Below, in pieces: positions 30,442 through 39,839 of a stretch of DNA of 64,000 nucleotides. The first letter of the stretch is position 1; each line of letters begins with the position of its first letter. Under the pieces are notes generated by a model. It had not been told where the DNA came from, ran no database searches, and was given only the letters and a program-made list of their open reading frames with translations. The position numbers and the translations under genes were made by a program. The DNA is from Opitutales bacterium (lineage in GTDB: Bacteria > Verrucomicrobiota > Verrucomicrobiia > Opitutales > JABSRG01). The stretch lies in contig JABSRG010000011.1 of assembly GCA_013215165.1 (NCBI GenBank), positions 7,074 to 71,073 on the forward strand, written 5' to 3'.

Positions 30442-30520
30442 GTAAGATATGTCTTATTGAAAAGGAATAATAGAATCAATCTTTCTGGAGTCTACGGATA
30501 CTCCGTACAATTTTCGAAGC

Positions 30521-31558
30521 ATGAAGAAAATAAGAACTGTCTTGGTTGGTTGTGGGGGTATCAGTAGATCATGGCTTAACGCCGTGAGGAATAATTTCGC
30601 GGATAATATCGATCTAGTGGGCTTCGTAGACTTAAATCCCGAGGCAGCCCGAAACCGGGCGGATGAATTTGAGGTGAATGACGTATGGATCGGAGACGAC
30701 TTAGCTGAGGCGATCGATACTTTGAAACCCGATGCAGTGTTTAACTGCACTATCCCTGCAGCGCACTATGCCCTATCTAAGTTGGCACTCGAAAAAGGCT
30801 GCCACGTGCTCATAGAAAAACCACTGACTGAAACGGTTGAGCAGGCAAAAGAACTGATTGCGTTGGCAGAAGAAAAGCAGCGGGTGTTTTCGGTAATCCA
30901 AAATCGTCGCTATCACGGAGCCATCCAGAAGGTGGTGCGTGTTCTAAGTAGCGGGGTATTGGGTCGGCTGAATACTTTGAACGTAGATTTCTACATGGCT
31001 ATGCACTGGAAGGGGTTCCGAGCTGAGATGAAGCATCTTTTGTTAATGGATATGGCAATCCATACCTTTGACCAAGCGCGGTTTATGAGCGGTCAAAATC
31101 CGACATCGGTATTTTGCTATGACTACAATCCACATGGTTCCACTGTGAGCCATGGTTCCGCTGCTATGGCGATTTTTGAGATGACTGACGATGTCATGTT
31201 TAACTATCGAGGCAGTTGGATGGCCGAGGGATTCAAAACTAGCTGGTATGGCACCTGGCGGGTGATCGGAGATAAGGGAACCCTCATTTGGGATGGCCTG
31301 GAGGACATTCAAGTGGAGACGACCGAAGATTTCGCACCTGATGCGCGGGCATCCAGCCACATGCGTAGCATTTATCCTGTCGGCAAAGCATCTTCCTCTC
31401 AAACGGAGCATGCCGGTGTTATTGGCGATTTCATCGACGCAGTCCAAAACGGGGGTTCTCCCCTGACTGCGGCATCGGATAATATCTACAGCCTCGCCAT
31501 GGTTGAAAGTGCGTGCCTGAGCGCTGAGACTGGAAAACGGATCGAGATCAAAATCTAG
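30521..31558 (+). CDS. Gfo/Idh/MocA oxidoreductase
   Basis: VGCGGI, HVLIEKP, QNRRY, DMAIHTFD. Confidence 0.92.
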   Translation: MKKIRTVLVGCGGISRSWLNAVRNNFADNIDLVGFVDLNPEAARNRADEFEVNDVWIGDDLAEAIDTLKPDAVFNCTIPAAHYALSKLALEKGCHVLIEKPLTETVEQAKELIALAEEKQRVFSVIQNRRYHGAIQKVVRVLSSGVLGRLNTLNVDFYMAMHWKGFRAEMKHLLLMDMAIHTFDQARFMSGQNPTSVFCYDYNPHGSTVSHGSAAMAIFEMTDDVMFNYRGSWMAEGFKTSWYGTWRVIGDKGTLIWDGLEDIQVETTEDFAPDARASSHMRSIYPVGKASSSQTEHAGVIGDFIDAVQNGGSPLTAASDNIYSLAMVESACLSAETGKRIEIKI

Positions 31559-31655
31559 CCTGATTTCTCGGTGAACTGCTGAGTTTTCGTAACGGCGCTC
31601 ACTCGCCGTGTATCCAAAGCTTTGATTTTTCTTCCAAGCCCGTCCTGGCTCTGAG

Positions 31656-32693
31656 TCATCGGACGTCCGACTTCATCTTCAGCAATTTCCATGGCATCAG
31701 CAGTGTAAGGGTCATCATAATTGTGCTACTGAGCGCTAAAAATGAAACATCATGATCCATTTGACCGTGCATATTATGAGTGGCCTTCAAGAGGTTCGGG
31801 AACAGTTGATCGATGATTGCCGCAATAACCCAAAGGCTGACCACCAAAGCGCTCAGGCTAGCGAGCGTGGCCTTGAAGCCGATTGTTTTTTGAAGGATTC
31901 CAAAGGTGGCCGCATTCGCAGCGGGACCCCCGACCAGGAAAACGAGCGCGGTTCCGGGGGAAAAGCCAGCGACGAGCATCGCAGCTGCAATGGGTATCGC
32001 CCCAGTTGAGCATACATAAACGGGAAGGGAGATCGCCGTTGCCAATAGATAGGTCAGTGGTAACGGCCAATCGCTGATCGCCCAGGTCTCAGGAGAGAGA
32101 AACTGCGCCATGGTGGCAGCGATGAATACCCCAAGGACGACTGGAATTCGCACGTCTCCGGGTAGAGTTTGAAAGGCAAAACGTGACCCTGCACTCAGCT
32201 TTTGTGACCAGTTGGCCGCGTCAGCCTGAGTCTGCTCGCCGTGCTTGCCGCAACAGGCATCGCAGGACTCGGATTCGGCTGAGAGGGGTTCGTTTTTAAA
32301 ACGGTCTCCGACAAGCCCAGCAGCAGTTCCCGCTACGAGCGAAACGACGAGCCTGAGGAGAGCGGCGGGGAGTCCCATCAGCCCGTAGGTCGCAAGTAGA
32401 CTATCGATCCCCGTTTGCGGTGTGGTCAGAACAAAGCCCGCGGTTGCGCCATTACTGGCGCCCTTTTGTTTGAGTGTCGCCCCGAGCGGTATGACCCCGC
32501 AGGAACAAACCGGTAGAGGAATGCCAAGGATGACGGCTCGCAGCACTTGACTGGGGCCTGGTCTGCCTAGAAGGCGGGTGACTGCATCTGCGCTTAGCCA
32601 AGCGTGCAGGAGCCCCGCGAGCGCAAACCCTATTAAGAGATAGGGGGCCATTTCGGTCCAAATCTGCCAAGTTTGCTGGAAGAATGAGATCAC
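31656..32693 (-). CDS. DUF318/ArsP-like permease (SO_0444-type putative metal transporter)
   Basis: GIPLPVCSCGVIP, TPQTGIDS, YVCSTGAIP, central CDACCGKH. Confidence 0.85.
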   Translation of the reverse strand: MISFFQQTWQIWTEMAPYLLIGFALAGLLHAWLSADAVTRLLGRPGPSQVLRAVILGIPLPVCSCGVIPLGATLKQKGASNGATAGFVLTTPQTGIDSLLATYGLMGLPAALLRLVVSLVAGTAAGLVGDRFKNEPLSAESESCDACCGKHGEQTQADAANWSQKLSAGSRFAFQTLPGDVRIPVVLGVFIAATMAQFLSPETWAISDWPLPLTYLLATAISLPVYVCSTGAIPIAAAMLVAGFSPGTALVFLVGGPAANAATFGILQKTIGFKATLASLSALVVSLWVIAAIIDQLFPNLLKATHNMHGQMDHDVSFLALSSTIMMTLTLLMPWKLLKMKSDVR

Positions 32694-32730
32694 GACAATA
32701 TACCACGTTATCTGTCATTGAGTCATTGGG

Positions 32731-33327
32731 CTAGTTTAAAGCCTGCAGCAAATAGAATACGGCATAGATGAAGCCAAACATGCCCATGAGCGATACGACT
32801 GCATGAAGCTTAGAGACTCGCATAACCCCGGATACAGCTTGAACCGTATTAATAGCCGAACCGATCGTCCCCAGCATTTGCATCAACGCAAACATGGGGA
32901 TCCAGCCGGCAATGCTATCACTCGGAGCTAGAATAAATACCGGTAGCGAAACTAACAGAGTGACGCCTAAGGGTAGCAACCCAACGGCTAATGCGCCGTG
33001 GCAGAGCGTGGCACTGGCGTTGCCTCCAAAGAATTTGCCCGATTTAGATAACACCCATCCGCATAAGCGAAACCCGAGAAGTCCCACTGCTGGAGAGACT
33101 AAACCGAGCGTAGCGAGGGCATCAGAAAAGCCAAAGCCCTCCTGTGGATAGACTGAAAGGATGAGGTAAAAGACAATTCCCGCCGCCGCTAAGACTGACC
33201 ACATGGGTGTGAAAGGCACATGCGTGGATGAGCCCAGTGTCTCCATAATTGATCGAGGCCGAATAAGGAGGTCCAAGACACGCACTGAGGGCGGGGGCGA
33301 TGTAGAAGAAGCTTCAGATGAGTCCAT
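32731..33327 (-). CDS. Yip1-like membrane protein
   Basis: LLIRPR start followed by about five TM segments. Confidence 0.6.
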   Translation of the reverse strand: MDSSEASSTSPPPSVRVLDLLIRPRSIMETLGSSTHVPFTPMWSVLAAAGIVFYLILSVYPQEGFGFSDALATLGLVSPAVGLLGFRLCGWVLSKSGKFFGGNASATLCHGALAVGLLPLGVTLLVSLPVFILAPSDSIAGWIPMFALMQMLGTIGSAINTVQAVSGVMRVSKLHAVVSLMGMFGFIYAVFYLLQALN

Positions 33328-33405
33328 AAGTCCGAGTGTCTAAAAAATGACGAAAATTGTGGGAAATACTTTCAGGTTAAAACCCAGAAAGACGACTTTC
33401 AAAAC

Positions 33406-33580
33406 CACACAAGAGTTAGCTAAACACGCCATCCCGAATCAAGGCCAACCCGCTTATCCAAACCTGGGTGCCTAGTAAGTCTCAACGACTTCGAGTACAG
33501 GCCAACTGTATTCGCGGATCGTGGTTGATCTAACAAAATAGGTCGGTGCGCACCGAACATGCGGACCGGCCTTTTGTGTG
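33406..33580 (+). ncRNA. Candidate structured small RNA with a terminator-like 3' hairpin
   Basis: Nested stems, duplicated AGGCCAAC, 3' hairpin plus TTTT; both flanking genes are on the minus strand. Confidence 0.4.
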
Positions 33581-33661
33581 TCTGCGTATGGCGAAGTTAC
33601 GGTGGGGCCCCTTGGGTCATTGTTTGTGCTACATGAGAGACTTCTGCCAATATGTCTGTCT

Positions 33662-35146
33662 CTAGGTGCCGTGGATTTGGTCCAAGAATCGAGTCGCTGT
33701 GCTTTGGTGGCTAGCGAGTGTCTCGGCTTTCATCCGGTCCAATTGGCGCGTCATCATGGCGAGACGAGGTTGATTACGGAAAAAATCTTCATGGTCTTTG
33801 ATGAAAGCCCAGAATAAGCCGTCCCAGATCGCACACCAGTCACCTTTACCGTAGTTGCTCATTTTGCGGATATAATTCGAGGACGAAATATAGGGCTTTG
33901 TTGTGAAAATACCGCCGTCAGCGAATTGGCTCATTCCGTAAACATTCGGGACCATTACCCAGTCGTAAGCATCGATAAAAAGCTCCATAAACCAGCGATA
34001 GACCGCGTCGGGATGAATGCGGCAGAGAACCATGAAATTGCCTAAAACCATAAGCCGCTCAATATGGTGACAATAGGCCGTATCGAGAACGCGGCGGATG
34101 GTCGTATCGATCGGCTCGATTCCAGTCGTGCCGTCATAGAAGGACTGGGGCATCGGGTGTGTGAAATGCCAAAAGTTACGTGTGCGTTCTTCAGTACCAT
34201 GCATGATATACATCCCATGCATAAATTCGCGCCAGCCGATGATTTGGCGAATGAAGCCCTCGAGAGAATTTAGCGGAATATTCTGAGACTCTGCCTTTTT
34301 AAGAGCGGCGTCCACGATCTGTTGAGGTGTGAGCAGACCGGAATTTAGGTAGGGTGTCAGCACAGAGTGGTAGAGTACCGTTTCGTCTGCTGCGATCGCA
34401 TCCTCATAGTCGCCGAATAGCGCGAAGCGGGTATCCAGAAACTCCTGCAAACGCGCCTGCGCAGAAGCGTGGTCGACTGCATACCAAAAAGCATCAGAGC
34501 CTCCGGGTGCGTTCGGGAATTTTTCCGTAACGTGTGCGCGTGCCTCAATGACTTGTCTGTCGGTGTTGGCTGAGGGTTCCGCTGGGCATCGGTGCCCCCG
34601 AGGGAGCTTCTTTCTATTGTCCTCGTCAAAGCTCCACTGTCCACCTCTGGGCTCGCCCTTGGAATCCATGAGAATATCCAAGTGCTTACGCTGCGTCTTA
34701 TAGAAAGTAGCCATGAACCGCTGTTTTCTGGTGCCGAAATAGTCCTCAAGTTCCCCGCGTTGACGTATGAATGCTGGGGAAGGGTAGATTTCGAGCGTGA
34801 CGTTGTGAGTGTTTGCAAAGCGGCGTATGCGTTTTTCTAAAAGATGATCGGCAGGTTCAGCGAGGTGTATTGTGGAGGGCGGGATTTTGAATATTTCTGG
34901 AAGCCATCGATCTATAGTTATTCCTGTCCACTCTTTATAATGAGCCTCGTAGCCTTCCCGTTTTAATCTCTCGAAATATGCCTGCATCGTGGCACGGTGG
35001 AAGAGGAGTTTTTGAACGTGAAAATCTGCCTGAGCGTGGGGGTCGGAGAAAAAGAGACTATCTTCTATCATATAGACGGGCATGTCCTTGAAGATAGCAG
35101 GATGATGCTCGAACAGTTGGTGAGGGAAAATGAGCGACGCGTCCAC
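33662..35146 (-). CDS. Cryptochrome/photolyase, PhrB-like prokaryotic (6-4) photolyase family, apparently without an Fe-S cluster
   Basis: FPHQLF, GGQWSFDEDNR, FGDYEDA, EGFIRQIIGWREF, HHIERLM, DAYDWVM.PNV.GM, KPYISS. Confidence 0.9.
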   Translation of the reverse strand: MDASLIFPHQLFEHHPAIFKDMPVYMIEDSLFFSDPHAQADFHVQKLLFHRATMQAYFERLKREGYEAHYKEWTGITIDRWLPEIFKIPPSTIHLAEPADHLLEKRIRRFANTHNVTLEIYPSPAFIRQRGELEDYFGTRKQRFMATFYKTQRKHLDILMDSKGEPRGGQWSFDEDNRKKLPRGHRCPAEPSANTDRQVIEARAHVTEKFPNAPGGSDAFWYAVDHASAQARLQEFLDTRFALFGDYEDAIAADETVLYHSVLTPYLNSGLLTPQQIVDAALKKAESQNIPLNSLEGFIRQIIGWREFMHGMYIMHGTEERTRNFWHFTHPMPQSFYDGTTGIEPIDTTIRRVLDTAYCHHIERLMVLGNFMVLCRIHPDAVYRWFMELFIDAYDWVMVPNVYGMSQFADGGIFTTKPYISSSNYIRKMSNYGKGDWCAIWDGLFWAFIKDHEDFFRNQPRLAMMTRQLDRMKAETLASHQSTATRFLDQIHGT

Positions 35147-35200
35147 GTGTGAATTATCGGGTTGTGGTGTTGGTTATTTTGAGAGATTGGCTTTGGTGAA

Positions 35201-36142
35201 GTGATGGAGACTGTGGAACGATGCCCTGGATGTGGAAGTAGCCGTTATGAACGAGTCGAAGAAACGGGCGTTCAAATGGATCATACGTCATGCGAGATTT
35301 TTACTTTCCAGAAATGTAAGGTGTGTGACTTGGTGTTTCTTAGCCCGCGGGTGGAAGCAGAAAATCTTGGGAAATATTATCCAGATTCTTACCTGCCCTA
35401 TCGAGGTGCATCGGTCTGGGGGCGTTTTTCAGGATTGGTGGAGGCGGATCAAAAAAAATTGGACGCTGCACGTGTGGGACGCGTTCGCGAGGCGCTTGGT
35501 GGTGAGCGGCTTGGTTCAGAAGATTTGCTCTTGGATGTAGGTTGCGGAAAGCCGACCTTTTTGGAGATGGCCAAGCAGAGACTGGGCGGCCGGGCGCTGG
35601 GGCTAGATTTCTCAGACCATGGCTGGCGCGAAGATGCTGAGCGTTACCGGGAATTGGATTTGCAGGTCGGCACGATGAATGACCTCGAAGACCGATTGGA
35701 GCCCAGGGTAATCTCGATGTGGCATTATCTTGAACATGATTACGCACCCTTCGAGACACTGGAGCGCTTGGGGGAATTGTCGAACGACCGGACGCGATTA
35801 CTCATAGAAGTGCCTAATTATGACTCCGAAACGCGCCGGAAATATCAAAAGCATTGGGCGGGGTACCATACTCCCAGACACATCTCTCTTTTTTCTCCCA
35901 GTAGCATGTCAGCGCTTCTCGAGCGTACGGGTTGGACGGTTATACGGATCAACACCTACGGAACACTCGATCCTTATGTGTTGGATTGGATGAGTCGAAT
36001 GGAGCGCAAGGGCATCAATTGGGGAGCGAGCATGGAGTCGAAATTTCCAGCGTTCGTTTTGGAAATGTTGGTTTTTAGGTTAAAACAGCTGCTGTTTCGT
36101 CGCAAATCTTGGGGCATTATGTCTGTGTTAGCCTGCCGATAG
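35201..36142 (+). CDS. Class I SAM-dependent methyltransferase with N-terminal Zn ribbon
   Basis: CPGC...CKVC, LLDVGCG, WHYLEH, EVPN, PRHISLF. Confidence 0.88.
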   Translation: MMETVERCPGCGSSRYERVEETGVQMDHTSCEIFTFQKCKVCDLVFLSPRVEAENLGKYYPDSYLPYRGASVWGRFSGLVEADQKKLDAARVGRVREALGGERLGSEDLLLDVGCGKPTFLEMAKQRLGGRALGLDFSDHGWREDAERYRELDLQVGTMNDLEDRLEPRVISMWHYLEHDYAPFETLERLGELSNDRTRLLIEVPNYDSETRRKYQKHWAGYHTPRHISLFSPSSMSALLERTGWTVIRINTYGTLDPYVLDWMSRMERKGINWGASMESKFPAFVLEMLVFRLKQLLFRRKSWGIMSVLACR

Positions 36143-36263
36143 CTTCGATTCATATCGTTATTTTCAGAAGAAAGCGTCAAAATGGAATAATTTCGTCGAT
36201 ATCTTCCTATCATACTGGAACGTATCCGGCTTCTCGGGTATCCATCATCACATTAATTTCATC

Positions 36264-36842
36264 ATGAAAAAGAAAACACTAGCCCTGGCCCTCACTGGAG
36301 CACTCGGTATTTTTGCCGCTGTTCCTTTCGTTGCTTCCGCCGATTCAAAGGAAAGCTGCGCAACTAAAACTGAAGTAGCTCAAGCCGGTGCCACCTGCTG
36401 CGCTTCTGCCAAAATGACTGAAGTCGCCAAAGCTGATTCGGCTTGTGCGTACAAATCCGCAGAAGTTGCGAAAGCAGGAGCTGATCGCGCATCTGCGTGC
36501 GGAGACAAAGCGATCATGCAGGCACAAGTTGCCCAAGCTAAGGCGTCTTGTGCATCATCTGCTGAAGTCGCGAAAGCCGATTGTGCCTCAGCTTGCGCTA
36601 CAGCAAACGTAGCCGAGGTAGCATCTGCTGCATCATGCGCTTCTGCGAAGACAGCTGAGGTTGCAAAAGCTGACTGCGCTTCTGCTTGTGCGACGACTTC
36701 AATGACCGAAGTCGCCAAAGCTGCTGCAACATGCGCTGCCGAAAAGGTTGAGGTTGCAGATGCCAAAGCTGGTTGTGCAATGTGTGCCAAGAAAGCTGCT
36801 GAGGTAGCTGCGGTTGCTGAAGCGAGCGCTCCTCGTTCGTAA
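36264..36842 (+). CDS. Secreted Ala/Cys-rich repeat protein of unknown function
   Basis: Signal peptide ending ASA, ten (A/T/V)(E/Q)VAx units, 14 Cys, own terminator. Confidence 0.8.
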   Translation: MKKKTLALALTGALGIFAAVPFVASADSKESCATKTEVAQAGATCCASAKMTEVAKADSACAYKSAEVAKAGADRASACGDKAIMQAQVAQAKASCASSAEVAKADCASACATANVAEVASAASCASAKTAEVAKADCASACATTSMTEVAKAAATCAAEKVEVADAKAGCAMCAKKAAEVAAVAEASAPRS

Positions 36843-36862
36843 GCTGGCTTAGCTTTATTTTT

Positions 36863-36898
36863 AAAGGCCGTTCCGATGCTGGGACGGCCTTTTTCTTT
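36863..36898. terminator. Terminator between the Cys-rich gene and the transposase
   Basis: AAAGGCCGTTCC-GATGCT-GGGACGGCCTTTTT. Confidence 0.8.
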
Positions 36899-36925
36899 GG
36901 GTCACAAAGAGGAGAGAGTCTAAGT

Positions 36926-37912
36926 TCAACGCCTGAGCTGTGTGTGAGGGTTACATGCAGAGTAGCAGATTGATTCCGTTTCCTCATTAATAGGATTGGG
37001 AGGTCTTTTGTGTTTTCTGAATTGAAAGTTCCGATGCCTCTCTAGGTAGGATCCAACAAATTCATGCCCTCCAATGACTATGCCTCGTGCAAAATGCCTT
37101 ACTTTGTGCAGCAGTAATTCGGAGAGAGGAATGTATCCCTCCAGTTGATCGACTTCATCAGCTCTGTCGGTGTCGATACGGTGTCCAGATCCACGTTGCT
37201 TGCCGTTCACACCGATACCAAACACGAACTTACGATACGCGGCTCGGGCTTCTTTTGAATTTAGACCAGGGTAAATGCTGGTGACGCTGTTAGTCAGAGA
37301 ATCGTGACTGGCACAGAGATCACTGAAACTACAAAAATGGTAGTCCTTAGGGTCCTCCACCAGGCCAGCTCTCACAGGATTAAGGTCAATGTAGGCCATG
37401 ACTCGTAAGAGGGTTTCAGGAGAGTTTTCAACTAGAACGCTAGCAAACCGTTCACACCAAAGAGTTCCAAATCGCTTATAGGTTTTGTTAAAATACATCG
37501 TGAAACGCTGCTTAAACGTCTTCATAAATTGTGAAATATCCCCCATGCGCTCCTTAAGTTGCTGGCGAACATCATGTGCCTCTGGAGAATTTGACTCGAG
37601 GAGCTGTTCCAAGTGTTCAGGAGGCATCGGCTGATATTCAGTTGGGGTGGGATAGAGGATCTTATATCGGCGTAATAATTCTGCATCATCAACTGCATCG
37701 GCCTTATCAGAGATACGCACTAGAACGTGGAAGTGATTTGTCATTACAGCGTAAGCAAGCACTTCGACCCCACAAAACTCCGCCACCTGAAATAGCATCT
37801 TCCGCATTACAGCTTTATCTCGATTATTGAATAACATCTCCCCGTTCACCGTCCGAGACATGCAATGATACACATTAAATTCAGCCCATCCCTTGATTCG
37901 AGCGTGTCGCAT
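36926..37912 (-). mobile_element. Y1 HUH transposase, REP-associated tyrosine transposase (RAYT)-like
   Basis: YHCMSR, AYAVMTNHFHVL (HUH), GTLWCERF, YIDLNPVRAGLV..P.DY. Confidence 0.88.
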
Positions 37913-37979
37913 TTGAAAAGAGATGAAAATAATGAACTAAAAGACAAATTAAAAATGACTGTCCTAAAAAATACGGCGC

Positions 37980-38012
37980 AAAAAAACCGGGACCCTGGAG
38001 GGGGTCCCGGCT
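37980..38012 (-). terminator. Strong minus-strand terminator with no annotated gene upstream
   Basis: Minus strand CCGGGACCC-CCTCCA-GGGTCCCGG-TTTTTTT. Confidence 0.75.
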
Positions 38013-38171
38013 TGTCTGCTATGCTGTGTATCGATTATCCGTTTCCTGAAACAACATAGCGAAATAGCTCTGGTTTGTTGGGGTTTCAAGTTGGGTAGAG
38101 CGATTTTTTTGAATACTGCCACGTAAGTGGTCGCTTGACGCGGTTTTGTGGTTGTTCAGTTTGCTGAATCG

Positions 38172-39839
38172 ATGCTGCAGTTCTTGAAGATCGAAAATCT
38201 GGCGCTCTTGAATCGGGCTGAATTAAATTTTGAGTCTGGATTCCATGCGGTGACCGGTGAAACAGGTGCGGGAAAGAGCGTCTTGTTGGGTGCGTTGGGG
38301 ATTCTTGCGGGACAACGGGTCGAAAAATCAGTTATCAAGCGAGGTGTAGATGCTTGCCATGTGGAGGCAATCTTTCTGCTGAGTGGGGATGTCTTGAGGG
38401 ATTTTGATTTGTGGCTTGATAGCGCAGGGCTACCGGCGTGTGAGGAGGGGGCCTTGGTCCTAAGCCGTAGTGTTTCGCGGACGCGGGCTCCAAAGATACA
38501 GATCAACGGCAAAGTTGCTACCCTGGCCAAGCTGCGGGAGCTGGGAGGATATTGGATAGACTTTCACGGTCCCCATGAACCACAGAAGCTAGCTAACCCT
38601 CGATTCCAGCTCAATATGGTCGATCTGTTCGGCAGTTACAAGGGCGAGCTTGAAACCTACCGATCCGCTTACAGCACTTGGAGGTCGGTACTTCTAGAAT
38701 ACGAGCGAATTAGAGATCATGATAAGCTGGATGCAGACGAGATTCGTTTTCTCGAGGCGCAGTTGTCGAAAGCTGATCAACTCGAGCTTGGAGCGGAAGC
38801 GATTTCTGAATTGGAGGCCAATTATAAGCGTTTGAGCCAAGCTCAGGAAATATCCTCGGCTAGCACTGATGTGGTTGAGGCTCTAGCAGGTTTTGACGGA
38901 GCGATTTCAAAACTGAGTGATGCTCTGCGGCCTGCCCAAGAGTTGGCTGAGTTGGATGAGCAGGACGAGGCACTGATCGATCGAATGAATGGCTTGATTA
39001 TAGAGCTCGAGGATCTGTCTTCTGAATATCGTTCCCTTGGCTCAGATGCTTACTTTGAAGAGTCGGAGGCTGGTGAGCTGAATCAAAAAATGGAGCTTTG
39101 GCTCGGGCTGAAGCGTAAGCACGGTGGCGATTTAGAGGGTGTGCTTTCTTGGCGCGATGGCATTCGCGAGCAGCTGGAGCTACAAGGTAATATAGACGGG
39201 CGGCTGTTAGTGCTAGAGTCACAGGTAGCCGAAGCAGAATCCGCGGCTCGAATCGCTGCAGACCAGCTTACGCAGCAACGTAAGAGAGCAGCCGGTCGCT
39301 TACAGTGCGAGGTGATTGACGTGTTACACACTCTTGGCTTCAAGAAGGCAGACTTAAGGATAGAGATTCAGCCCACTCAGCTATCTGTGACAGGGTCTGA
39401 TCAGGTCAGTTACCTTTTTTCTGCAAATCCTGGAACAGATGTTTTGCCGTTGGGCGAGATAGCTTCGAGTGGTGAAATGGCTCGTGTCATGTTGGCGTTC
39501 AAGTCTATCTTGGCCCAGCATGATCAAACGCCTGTCTTGGTGTTTGATGAGGTCGATGCAAATGTGGGTGGAGAGATCGGAAAGGCAGTCGGTAATCGAC
39601 TCTATGAATTGTCACAGGGGCGCCAGGTGTTCTGCATTACCCACCTTCCTCAGGTAGCTGCAATAGGGAGCCATCATTGGCGCGTCCAGAAAGACCAATC
39701 AGACGCCGAAACGACGGTTATCATCGATCCGTTGAACGCTGATTCTGAGCAACGCAGATCAGAGCTAGCTCGGATGATGGGAGATCGCGATTCTGAAACG
39801 GCGCTTAAGCACGCTGACGAACTGTTATCGGGTTGTTAG
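38172..39839 (+). CDS. recN: DNA repair protein RecN
   Basis: TGETGAGKS, FSANPG, IASSGEMARVML, FDEVDANVGG, CITHLPQVA. Confidence 0.95.
   Translation: MLQFLKIENLALLNRAELNFESGFHAVTGETGAGKSVLLGALGILAGQRVEKSVIKRGVDACHVEAIFLLSGDVLRDFDLWLDSAGLPACEEGALVLSRSVSRTRAPKIQINGKVATLAKLRELGGYWIDFHGPHEPQKLANPRFQLNMVDLFGSYKGELETYRSAYSTWRSVLLEYERIRDHDKLDADEIRFLEAQLSKADQLELGAEAISELEANYKRLSQAQEISSASTDVVEALAGFDGAISKLSDALRPAQELAELDEQDEALIDRMNGLIIELEDLSSEYRSLGSDAYFEESEAGELNQKMELWLGLKRKHGGDLEGVLSWRDGIREQLELQGNIDGRLLVLESQVAEAESAARIAADQLTQQRKRAAGRLQCEVIDVLHTLGFKKADLRIEIQPTQLSVTGSDQVSYLFSANPGTDVLPLGEIASSGEMARVMLAFKSILAQHDQTPVLVFDEVDANVGGEIGKAVGNRLYELSQGRQVFCITHLPQVAAIGSHHWRVQKDQSDAETTVIIDPLNADSEQRRSELARMMGDRDSETALKHADELLSGC

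Noticed and set aside
33430-33520. GGCCAACCC...GGGTGCC and CTTATCC resembling a SAM-I riboswitch
   Set aside because: The elements are in the wrong order, there is no P2/kink-turn, and no downstream gene on that strand.
36264-36842. Periodic GAAGT(C/T)GC repeats as a possible CRISPR array
   Set aside because: The repeats are short, degenerate at third codon positions and in frame within a signal-peptide ORF; no cas genes.
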